A DNA stretch of 20,000 nucleotides from an uncultured virus (IMG/VR IMGVR_UViG_3300020531_000001) (IMGVR_UViG_3300020531_000001:118719-138718), one strand, 5' to 3'; shown: positions 8,394-15,410, counted from the first letter of the stretch. Translations and numbers: made by a program. The notes: generated by a model from the sequence alone, not told the origin.

Positions 8394-8699
8394 TTAGTAT
8401 TCTTCTTTCCAAGTATCGTGTAGATTATATCTCAGCATACGATGAGATGCAAGTAAAAAATTAATTGGATCTTGTACACCAATGTTTCCATTATTACATT
8501 CTTCTACAATATATGCCGTTACCGCTTCTTCTAGTGCAAAGAGACGATGCGCTTCATTAACATAACGAGTAATTTTATCTGGCAATGCTGAATAAGAAAG
8601 ATCTTCACCAGCGATTGGCACTCGCTCATAGATATCAAACAGCAGTTGACGCACTTCTGCTTCAGTGAGGTCAGATACAAATTCAATTGTAGTTTTCAT
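8394..8699 (-). CDS. Hypothetical protein
   Basis: ORF track 8394-8717. Likely ATG at 8699 (MKTTIEF). Confidence 0.7.
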   Translation of the reverse strand: MKTTIEFVSDLTEAEVRQLLFDIYERVPIAGEDLSYSALPDKITRYVNEAHRLFALEEAVTAYIVEECNNGNIGVQDPINFLLASHRMLRYNLHDTWKEEY

Positions 8700-8877
8700 C
8701 TCTAAATAGTCTATCAATCTTTTCTAAATTGTCAACTATAGAATCTTGTGACATTGTAATGTTTCGTGCAATATACATGCGATTACAGATATCTTTTAGA
8801 ATCATAAGTTGAGTCAAAGAATCATATTTGTCGATTCTTTTTAAATCTTTTTTATCGGGTACAGTTGTCATAATCAT
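8683..8877 (-). CDS. Hypothetical protein (64 aa)
   Basis: ORF track; starts within the junction repeat (MIMT). Confidence 0.7.
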   Translation of the reverse strand: MIMTTVPDKKDLKRIDKYDSLTQLMILKDICNRMYIARNITMSQDSIVDNLEKIDRLFRDENYN

Positions 8878-9233
8878 ATTTTATCAGAGTTCCATTTCTC
8901 AATTGTTTTTAGAAATGCTTCAGCACGTTGGCGCGAGGTTGCGTGACATACAGAAAATCTACATGGTAGAGGATTTTCTAATCCGTCATTATTTTTAAAT
9001 GTCACATCACAAAGCTCATCCTCAAAAAGTTCAGCTTGCTCAAAATCTAATGTTGCCTCCGCTTCATGCATTGCATTGAGGTCATTGCAATAGTCAGGGA
9101 TTTCTTCATCAAATGTATGGTGTTTATATCCAACCACCACCCTTATAGTACCTTCGGTTACACCTATTGTCACATTTTTGTATCCACACGCTTCTGCAAT
9201 TGCGATGTTGATTTGTTCGTCTGTCATAATCAT
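8874..9233 (-). CDS. Paralog A, possibly phage ABA-sandwich-domain family (119 aa)
   Basis: EQINIAIAEACG...PDYCNDLNAMHEAE...ATSRQRAEAFLKTI. Family call is by resemblance only. Confidence 0.7.
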   Translation of the reverse strand: MIMTDEQINIAIAEACGYKNVTIGVTEGTIRVVVGYKHHTFDEEIPDYCNDLNAMHEAEATLDFEQAELFEDELCDVTFKNNDGLENPLPCRFSVCHATSRQRAEAFLKTIEKWNSDKI

Positions 9234-9589
9234 ATTTTATCTGAGTTCCATTTCTTAATTGTTTTTAGAAATGCTTCAGCACGTTGGGCTGCGGTTGCAC
9301 AAAAAAGATCAGGATACATTCCAGCTTCGGGACTCTCGATGTAACACATTTCCATACTTGTTTTAGGTAAGGTAATCCTATCGAGTTTATTTCCGTAGTT
9401 GTAAAGTTGTTCTTTTGTCAGCATCTTCTCCGCTTCGTGCATTGCGTTGAGGTCATTGAGGTAGTTGGGGAACTCTGGCTCCTTTGACCACCAGAAGGAG
9501 CCGTCTGGAGCATGAGTTTCGTTTTTCTCGTATTTCCATCCACACGCTTTCGCAATTGATATGTTGATTTGTTCGTTTGTCATAATCAT
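9230..9589 (-). CDS. Paralog B, possibly phage ABA-sandwich-domain family (119 aa)
   Basis: EQINISIAKACG...PNYLNDLNAMHEAE...ATAAQRAEAFLKTI. Confidence 0.7.
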   Translation of the reverse strand: MIMTNEQINISIAKACGWKYEKNETHAPDGSFWWSKEPEFPNYLNDLNAMHEAEKMLTKEQLYNYGNKLDRITLPKTSMEMCYIESPEAGMYPDLFCATAAQRAEAFLKTIKKWNSDKI

Positions 9590-9592
9590 ATT

Positions 9593-9751
9593 TTATTGTT
9601 TTTTCCAAACCCAACGCTTTGGTTTCTTTGATTCCAAATACGCTTCACGATCTCTGTCAGCTTGGCAACCTTGTGGTCCTCTGCAAGCACTTCTCAAAAC
9701 TCCGTATTTTAAACACGAGCATTCATAAGTGACTTTAGGTTTTTTATTCAT
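9593..9751 (-). CDS. Small basic Cys-rich protein (52 aa)
   Basis: Manual translation MNKKPKVTYECSCLKYGVLRSACRGPQGCQADRDREAYLESKKPKRWVWKKQ*. Bounded by junction repeats. Confidence 0.65.
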   Translation of the reverse strand: MNKKPKVTYECSCLKYGVLRSACRGPQGCQADRDREAYLESKKPKRWVWKKQ

Positions 9752-9768
9752 ATTTTATTAGAGTTCAA

Positions 9769-9963
9769 TTACTGATAATCATTTAACCAAAAGAAGTCAT
9801 AATCTCGATCATTGCGAATTACCACAAACTCTGAAGCGCCTCGTTCGTATACTGAGGCAATTGACTTCTTGATATACTCCAATGACTCGTCAAATGCCAT
9901 TTCATGCAATTTATGATTGCAATCTCTGTATTCAATAATTGTATCCGAATCATTCATAATCAT
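9769..9963 (-). CDS. Hypothetical protein (64 aa)
   Basis: ORF track; starts in the junction repeat (MIMN). Confidence 0.7.
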   Translation of the reverse strand: MIMNDSDTIIEYRDCNHKLHEMAFDESLEYIKKSIASVYERGASEFVVIRNDRDYDFFWLNDYQ

Positions 9964-9966
9964 ATT

Positions 9967-10146
9967 TTACTTTTGTTCCTTCCATTGCCATTCTACTGAT
10001 CCGCTGTTATCGACTTTCCATTCTGCATAGCCACGTTCTATAGCTTGTTTTTTGAGCGTGTCTCTTTGCCACAATGCAGCAAATGCTAGAATAATTGCAC
10101 AAAAAAACATTACAGCTAAAAATATAAAAGGTCTTGTATCACTCAT
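9967..10146 (-). CDS. Small membrane-anchored protein (59 aa)
   Basis: Manual translation MSDTRPFIFLAVMFFCAIILAFAALWQRDTLKKQAIERGYAEWKVDNSGSVEWQWKEQK*. Confidence 0.7.
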   Translation of the reverse strand: MSDTRPFIFLAVMFFCAIILAFAALWQRDTLKKQAIERGYAEWKVDNSGSVEWQWKEQK

Positions 10147-10147
10147 A

Positions 10148-10303
10148 TTACCAGTGTCGTATTGTATTTGCCATAATGAAAAAGCAGGTAATCAAATTCA
10201 CAATCCAAAAAATTGTTCTTACTATTGCAGCGGCATCAGACTCACGATCATTGTCGCTAATCTTTGATCCCATTGCTTTAGCCCATATTCTCCATAACTT
10301 CAT
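10148..10303 (-). CDS. Conserved small membrane protein of T4-like aquatic myoviruses (51 aa)
   Basis: Manual translation MKLWRIWAKAMGSKISDNDRESDAAAIVRTIFWIVNLITCFFIMANTIRHW*. The WRxWAKAxG...D..A..RT...RHW pattern is recognisable. Confidence 0.75.
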   Translation of the reverse strand: MKLWRIWAKAMGSKISDNDRESDAAAIVRTIFWIVNLITCFFIMANTIRHW

Positions 10304-10304
10304 A

Positions 10305-10529
10305 TCAGCAAAGATTTCTCAATCCGTCTTGTTTAATTTCTTTTAATTCTTGCAACAGTTGCTGTGCTTTTTTTTCTAATGCTTCACGACAATAGTTGTA
10401 TGTGCCGTCTGGTCGTTTACCATTCGACACAAGCGCAACAAACTCACGGAGTTTCATAGTTTCAAGCATATGGTAAATTTCAAGTGGACTTAGGTTGTTC
10501 ATATCATCATTATACCAAAGTTCCTTCAA
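10305..10529 (-). CDS. Hypothetical protein
   Basis: ORF track (TTG start; alternative ATG at 10502). Contains KRPDGTYNYCREAL. Confidence 0.65.
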   Translation of the reverse strand: MKELWYNDDMNNLSPLEIYHMLETMKLREFVALVSNGKRPDGTYNYCREALEKKAQQLLQELKEIKQDGLRNLC

Positions 10530-10539
10530 ATGTAAATAC

Positions 10540-11199
10540 TTAAATGTATCTTAATTTAAATTCACCATCGGAATAAATTTCCACATAAGAACATTGATGG
10601 TCGCAAAAAGATCCAGAGTTTATGTAAACGCATGTTTCAAATTGTTTTATTTCAGCATGATGTGTATGACCAGCAAGCAAGACATGATATTTCTTTCCAT
10701 GTTTGTCTGCAAATTTTCGAGATACAATATCTTTGGCATCAATCCAAGATTTACTCAATCGTTTTAAAAACCTTGATGTTTTGTGAGATCTATCACATTT
10801 TTGAATCCAATAATAGAGTCCAGTAAAAAACCATGTTAAAAATGGTCGGTGTTTAATCCAGTAATCATACTTGTCACCATGTTCAAAAAAGAATCTTTTG
10901 TTATTGATTGTAGTCGCGTAATTTTCGAGAAGCTCCATTCCAGTAATCGCACTTAAAAATTCAGCATTGCTGTCATGATTCCCCTTGACAAGAACTACGT
11001 TATGACTCTTTGAAAGTTTGCGTATTTTTCCAAGAATTTTCCAGTCACGTTTATCATAACGTTTAAATGAATAGTTATCAAACAAATCGCCATTAATTAT
11101 AAGTGTATTAAATTTTAAGTTTAGCACCCGTAAGACTTTTTCTTTTTGACTTACATCAGTACCTAAATGAATATCACTTATAACTAAAACTTCGATCAT
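10540..11199 (-). CDS. LpxH-like metallophosphoesterase (UDP-2,3-diacylglucosamine hydrolase family)
   Basis: ISDIHLG, NGDLFD, GNHD, EHGDKYD, GHTHH, YINSGSF. Start MIEVL at 11199 (ATGA overlap). Confidence 0.8.
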   Translation of the reverse strand: MIEVLVISDIHLGTDVSQKEKVLRVLNLKFNTLIINGDLFDNYSFKRYDKRDWKILGKIRKLSKSHNVVLVKGNHDSNAEFLSAITGMELLENYATTINNKRFFFEHGDKYDYWIKHRPFLTWFFTGLYYWIQKCDRSHKTSRFLKRLSKSWIDAKDIVSRKFADKHGKKYHVLLAGHTHHAEIKQFETCVYINSGSFCDHQCSYVEIYSDGEFKLRYI

Positions 11200-11474
11200 A
11201 GTTCCCAATATCTCCTGTGTACACTATCACCACACTGCTCGCAGTCATGCTCGTCAGTTTCCCAATTGTCTGGTTGAAAGCATTGAATCAAATCGTCGAG
11301 ACTTACAGTGTGTTGTTTTAATTCTTTTTTAAACTGCTCACAAAGATAGTCTACAAACTCGTCAGTTTCTTCATCGGTAAGACAGGTTGGTTCATACTCA
11401 CCACCAACAACTTTGTCATTGATTTCAGTACAGAATGTCGTACATCCTTCGCTAATTGTAATTTTATATTTCAT
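11196..11474 (-). CDS. Hypothetical acidic protein with C-terminal CxxC
   Basis: ORF track; ATG at 11474 (MKYKITI); HDCEQCGD motif. Confidence 0.7.
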   Translation of the reverse strand: MKYKITISEGCTTFCTEINDKVVGGEYEPTCLTDEETDEFVDYLCEQFKKELKQHTVSLDDLIQCFQPDNWETDEHDCEQCGDSVHRRYWEL

Positions 11475-11651
11475 TTGTCCCAAGAATAGCCAAAAAAGTT
11501 ATGAATTGAAAACCAACCATATTTCAGTTTGGTTTGACGATGATAATCATTATAAGAAATCTTTGGTAAAAAATTATCTCTTTCTAATTGTAAATGCCAA
11601 TAAATAAATCGAATGTTAATTAGTGTGTTGTCCATATTTTATATTTCATTT
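11461..11651 (-). repeat. 16-bp perfect direct repeat AAATGAAATATAAAAT (11461-11476 and 11636-11651)
   Basis: Read directly from the sequence. Flanks a 54-aa ORF; spacing 175 nt. Confidence 0.9.
11471..11635 (-). CDS. Small aromatic-rich protein (54 aa)
   Basis: Manual translation MDNTLINIRFIYWHLQLERDNFLPKISYNDYHRQTKLKYGWFSIHNFFGYSWDK*. Confidence 0.65.
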   Translation of the reverse strand: MDNTLINIRFIYWHLQLERDNFLPKISYNDYHRQTKLKYGWFSIHNFFGYSWDK

Positions 11652-12026
11652 TAATAATTCTGGATTTTCAAAAATATTTCCAACTACTTCAATATCATCC
11701 TCCCCCCAAATTCCCCGAATATCATTTTTATTAATCCAAGTTAAAAAACACCCTTCATCAAAAATCACTTTGCCGACAAAGTTTTCATTTTCGTATTGGT
11801 CAGATGTCGCTTTTACAATATCTCCCTCATAAATCTCATCACCGTTTTTATCTTTGAGTCCAGTGTATTGTTGAGGAGTTATATCATCGAATGGAGCAAT
11901 ATCAACATAATTGCATTCCCCCTGACAATCATATGTCACCATATCATCTATAAAATTGATTGCTTTTAAATAGACAAATCTTTTTTCTTTTTTGTGCCAA
12001 TAGCGAAATTTAATTTCTCTGCTCAT
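11646..12026 (-). CDS. yopX: YopX family protein
   Basis: MSREIKFRYW...QYTGLKDKNGDEIYEGDIV...EVVGNIFENPELL, the canonical YopX signatures. Confidence 0.92.
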   Translation of the reverse strand: MSREIKFRYWHKKEKRFVYLKAINFIDDMVTYDCQGECNYVDIAPFDDITPQQYTGLKDKNGDEIYEGDIVKATSDQYENENFVGKVIFDEGCFLTWINKNDIRGIWGEDDIEVVGNIFENPELLK

Positions 12027-12541
12027 AGTCTCGCTTTGATAAACTCTACAACATCTTCAAAGAAATATTCGTCATCATCATTCAAGCCATAATACTCTCT
12101 TGTTTGATAGTAGTTTTTAGTGACGATGCCCATCATGTCCATCTTGTTGTAATTATAGCGAGGTGGAAGATTATCAATCAATACATTGTCTTTGTCTGCG
12201 ATAGGCATTGGAAGTGTGCCTTCGCCACCATAACCATGTGAAATGCTATACTGCTGAATGTCTTCGCGTGTGTAGATGTGATCGTTATCTAAACCAAACT
12301 CACCAAGTCGATTTAATTCGTGAGCATAGTCACGAGTAGCGCTTGTAAGAATATAAACGTTTTCTTTGCCTACGACACTGTTGTAGTATTCAAAGAGTCG
12401 CTTTGCGCACGGACGAATCATCGTACGATAGGTATGCATGTCTTCACTGAGTATAAACTCAACATACTCGCTAGGCGGCACGCTGTTTGCATATGTATGC
12501 AAGATACACTCATCTAAATCTTGGAATATTCTTTTAATCAT
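12023..12541 (-). CDS. HAD-superfamily NIF/FCP1-like phosphatase
   Basis: DLDECILHT (DxDxT-like motif I), RP, ILTSATRDYA (motif II), VLIDN (motif IV). Confidence 0.8.
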   Translation of the reverse strand: MIKRIFQDLDECILHTYANSVPPSEYVEFILSEDMHTYRTMIRPCAKRLFEYYNSVVGKENVYILTSATRDYAHELNRLGEFGLDNDHIYTREDIQQYSISHGYGGEGTLPMPIADKDNVLIDNLPPRYNYNKMDMMGIVTKNYYQTREYYGLNDDDEYFFEDVVEFIKARL

Positions 12542-12563
12542 AAATTAATCATCTAAAAATAAG

Positions 12564-12794
12564 TTATAGTTCGTAATCTCTAATCAAAAATGCTGGAGTT
12601 CTTTCCCCGACATAAGCACCTAATTGATTGAATTCATAATACTCAACAGCCTCTTCATAAGACATACCACCTTTTTGAAGTTTTTCAAGAACTAATTCTC
12701 TATCATATAGAATATAGGACTCTCCCCCAAATCTTTCAACAACTCCAATGATACAATCGTCGTATCCATCCATCTTGAGTAAATCTTCGTCCAT
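12564..12794 (-). CDS. Conserved phage hypothetical protein (76 aa)
   Basis: DGYDDCIIG...YDRE...GMSYEEAVEYYEFNQLGAYVGERTP, a pattern common in phages. Confidence 0.8.
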   Translation of the reverse strand: MDEDLLKMDGYDDCIIGVVERFGGESYILYDRELVLEKLQKGGMSYEEAVEYYEFNQLGAYVGERTPAFLIRDYEL

Positions 12795-13135
12795 TATTGG
12801 TCTTCTATTTTTTTGATAATAGCTTCAGTTCCTTGAATCATATCCACAACCTTATCATCTTCCATAACAAAAAGACGAGGAATTGATTTCACATTATTAT
12901 CTTTAAAAAATTTAATGTCAACATCAGCATCTTTTATTTCAACTTTATCAAATAAATTTTTAGCTTTTAATTGAGATTTGATCATTTGGCACGGTCCGCA
13001 CCATCCTGCACTTGCTAATATTAATTTACTCATTTGCTTTTTCTTTCTAAAAATAAAATCATAGTTTTCTCTTCCTTCTTTTGTCAGAGATTTTGATTTA
13101 ATTTCATCTCCAGTAATTGGATTGGTTGTTGCCAT
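12794..13135 (-). CDS. trxA: Thioredoxin with a 34-aa N-terminal extension
   Basis: WCGPC active site and cis-Pro loop VKSIPRL. Alternative start MSKLIL at 13033. Confidence 0.85.
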   Translation of the reverse strand: MATTNPITGDEIKSKSLTKEGRENYDFIFRKKKQMSKLILASAGWCGPCQMIKSQLKAKNLFDKVEIKDADVDIKFFKDNNVKSIPRLFVMEDDKVVDMIQGTEAIIKKIEDQ

Positions 13136-13137
13136 AA

Positions 13138-13341
13138 TTATTCAAAAATTTCTCTTCTTACCTTGGTTGTATATTCATCTTCAGAAGAGCAATTAAACAC
13201 ATAATCATAAAGCCAATCATTATCCCAACCAATCTCATCAGTCAACTCGGAATAAATAAGTTCTTGCGCTTCTTGAAGCTTAATTACCGCTTCTCTCGCT
13301 GCTTCTACTTTCGTCTGTTGTTCTTTGTTTAACTTCTTCAT
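13138..13341 (-). CDS. Hypothetical protein
   Basis: ORF track 13138-13374; ATG at 13341 (MKKLNKEQQ). Confidence 0.7.
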   Translation of the reverse strand: MKKLNKEQQTKVEAAREAVIKLQEAQELIYSELTDEIGWDNDWLYDYVFNCSSEDEYTTKVRREIFE

Positions 13342-13456
13342 ATCTTTCTTTTGATTGATTGTATGCAAGTGCAAGGTTTAATTTTTGTATTGTTTTTGGA
13401 TTACACGGAAATGTTTTACCACGAAAGGTATATAGTTTTTCTTCTTCAGCTTTCAT
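13280..13456 (-). CDS. Hypothetical protein (58 aa)
   Basis: Manual translation MKAEEEKLYTFRGKTFPCNPKTIQKLNLALAYNQSKERY...SGN*. Fills the gap and overlaps both neighbours. Confidence 0.5.
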   Translation of the reverse strand: MKAEEEKLYTFRGKTFPCNPKTIQKLNLALAYNQSKERYEEVKQRTTDESRSSERSGN

Positions 13457-14168
13457 ACCATCTATCTATTTTTTCTCTGTATTCTTTAATTAAAATTCTA
13501 ATGTTGCTTAGAGCATGACCAAGATCATTTTCATCCATAATAGTCTCAGCAAGTTTACACTCACGATCAATATTGTCAATAAGCTTTTGTTCAACTGTTG
13601 GATATTTTTTACGATTCTCTCTGAACTGCACTTCCATTTCTTTGCGTTGAGCTGCGACCTTTGCTTTACTTTCTGCAAGTTCTTCATCGGTTAATTTTTG
13701 CGGCTCTTCATGTTTAACTAACTCGATATCACCAACCAACTTACCATCTTTAAAAAGTGCAGAATATTCTATCCATCCACGGACGAACCTCATCCACTCA
13801 TCGCTATTTCCAGCATGATCATCGAGTTCATGATATTCTGGATGACTATAGCTTTCATAGAAGTGAATGTTTCCGCTAAAACATTCTTTCTCATACCACT
13901 CTGCTTCGACTACAAAGTGACCCATCGCAGCTATCTTTTCACTAAACGGTGCATCGTCTGCAACCTTTTTACCCTCTTCCCAACGACCTTCAACCTGCTT
14001 AAACCATAATTGGCCATTCCCATCAATCCTGTAAGTTGACATTGCTTGGTTTGGTGTGTCCTTTGTTTGAAAGGCAATATCACTCACTTTATCTCCCCAA
14101 AGAGAGATAACTGCATCTGGCAACTCTGGTAGAGTTGTTCCTACTCTTATATAATCGTACATTCCCAT
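13446..14168 (-). CDS. Conserved phage hypothetical protein (MGMYD...FQTKD...WIEY.A.F..GKL family)
   Basis: ORF track; start moved to the ATG at 14168 (MGMYDYI). Coiled-coil-like C-terminus. Confidence 0.75.
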   Translation of the reverse strand: MGMYDYIRVGTTLPELPDAVISLWGDKVSDIAFQTKDTPNQAMSTYRIDGNGQLWFKQVEGRWEEGKKVADDAPFSEKIAAMGHFVVEAEWYEKECFSGNIHFYESYSHPEYHELDDHAGNSDEWMRFVRGWIEYSALFKDGKLVGDIELVKHEEPQKLTDEELAESKAKVAAQRKEMEVQFRENRKKYPTVEQKLIDNIDRECKLAETIMDENDLGHALSNIRILIKEYREKIDRWYES

Positions 14169-14173
14169 AATTT

Positions 14174-14338
14174 TTATTTTGTTAGTGATTGCGCTACAAT
14201 TAAGCCTAAGTTGGATATAGCATATCCTCCCCACACTACTGCCCATGCATAATTTTGTTTATATGCATGAGCAATGCATACACAAGTATATAGTATAAAA
14301 GCTAAAAATACAACTATATTTTCAAATGTTAACTGCAT
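14174..14338 (-). CDS. Small two-TM membrane protein (54 aa)
   Basis: Manual translation MQLTFENIVVFLAFILYTCVCIAHAYKQNYAWAVVWGGYAISNLGLIVAQSLTK* (GYAxSNxGL pattern). Confidence 0.7.
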   Translation of the reverse strand: MQLTFENIVVFLAFILYTCVCIAHAYKQNYAWAVVWGGYAISNLGLIVAQSLTK

Positions 14339-14362
14339 ATATGTTTAAATTGTGTGTTATAA

Positions 14363-14379
14363 GTCAAGTTCTGCTTGAC
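14363..14379. promoter_or_regulatory. Intergenic inverted repeat GTCAAG-N5-CTTGAC (contains TTGAC on both strands)
   Basis: Perfect 6-bp stem with a 5-nt loop between the rmlB stop and the next ORF. No U-tract. Confidence 0.35.
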
Positions 14380-14393
14380 CTGTTGTGCATATC

Positions 14394-15404
14394 TTAATCT
14401 AGTTTTTTATTAGTGAATTTTTTCTTATAAAACTCAACAGTTTCTTTTAAAGCATCGTCAAATTTTTTAAATTCTGATTTGTATGTCATTTTTTCTGATG
14501 CTATTGCGTATCTAAAATCATGTCCTTTACGATCTTCGACAAATTCAATTGCATCTTCAATCTTTTTATCACCGTTGTACAATATGTCAAGAATTTTTTT
14601 AATCAAATCTAAATTTGAATATTCAAAAGCTTCTGGAGAAGATACATTGTATACTTGACCAGACTCTCCTCGGTCGGCAATTTCAAGGATACACTTGTTG
14701 TGATCTTCAACAAAAATCCACTCTCTTACATTTTCTCCTTTACCATAAACTGGTATTTTTTTATCGTTTAATAAACTTTTAAGAATTGTTGGAATGAATT
14801 TTTCGTCATGTTGATTAGGACCAAAATTGTTACAGCATCTTGTAACAAGAATATCCATACCGAATGTTTGGTTAAATGCCAATGCTAGTAAATCAGATGC
14901 AGCTTTTGATGCTGAATACGGACTTCTTGGATTTAATGGTGTGCTTTCTAAAAATACTCCCTCGTTTGCTGGCAATTGTCCATATACTTCATCAGTCGAA
15001 ATACAAATAATTCTAGCATCGGGATTATTAGTTTTCATGAATTCTAATAATTTAGAAGTTCCCACAACATTACTAGTTATAAAACTAGTGGGATCATTTA
15101 TTGATCTATCTACATGAGATTCTGCTGCAAAATGAAAAACATAATCAAATTTTGTTTTGTTTAAAATTCCATTATAAAAGAAACTTTTATTACAATCTAG
15201 CTCACATATATCCATATGGATTTCTCTGTAATTATTATATTTTGAAAGTACCGAACCTGTTAATTTTCTGTGACCAATTCCCCATTTATCAATATTAAAT
15301 ATATCAACTTTTTTATAATTATCATTAATATATTCTATAAAATTGCTTCCAATAAAGCCACATCCTCCTGTAATTAGAACCGATTTTCCATTTAAATCAA
15401 TCAT
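14394..15404 (-). CDS. rfbB: dTDP-glucose 4,6-dehydratase
   Basis: TGGCGFIGSN (NAD-binding), HFAAESHVDRSI, ISTDEVYG, SPYSASKA (YxxxK), CCNNFGPNQHDEKFIP, DRKGHDFRY. Confidence 0.95.
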   Translation of the reverse strand: MIDLNGKSVLITGGCGFIGSNFIEYINDNYKKVDIFNIDKWGIGHRKLTGSVLSKYNNYREIHMDICELDCNKSFFYNGILNKTKFDYVFHFAAESHVDRSINDPTSFITSNVVGTSKLLEFMKTNNPDARIICISTDEVYGQLPANEGVFLESTPLNPRSPYSASKAASDLLALAFNQTFGMDILVTRCCNNFGPNQHDEKFIPTILKSLLNDKKIPVYGKGENVREWIFVEDHNKCILEIADRGESGQVYNVSSPEAFEYSNLDLIKKILDILYNGDKKIEDAIEFVEDRKGHDFRYAIASEKMTYKSEFKKFDDALKETVEFYKKKFTNKKLD

Positions 15405-15410
15405 AAGAAT

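Larger units (their letters stand above)
8868..9969 (-). repeat. Dispersed 16-bp direct repeat TAAAATATGATTATGA x4 at gene junctions (8868-8883, 9224-9239, 9580-9595, 9954-9969), plus a partial copy at 9748-9770
   Basis: Read directly from the sequence. Spacing 356, 356 and 374 nt. The first two copies extend to a 66-nt repeat (8866-8931 vs 9222-9287, 64/66 identical). Confidence 0.95.

Noticed and set aside
8874..9589. Diversity-generating retroelement (TR/VR pair)
   Set aside because: Differences between the copies are not confined to adenines, the variable parts are unalignable and differ in length, and no reverse transcriptase is in the window.
8868..9969. CRISPR array interpretation of the regularly spaced repeats
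   Set aside because: The spacers are 340-358 nt and are intact ORFs, the repeat is 16 nt and non-palindromic, and no cas genes are present.
983..12031. Shared 11-mer AGACTATGAGC at junctions 983-993 and 12021-12031
   Set aside because: The copies are 11 kb apart, partly forced by the ATGA overlap, and do not bound a single gene, so chance is plausible.
14363..14379. Rho-independent terminator after rmlB
   Set aside because: The stem is only 6 bp and has no U-tract. Its TTGAC also lacks a correctly spaced -10, so it is kept only as a low-confidence regulatory feature.
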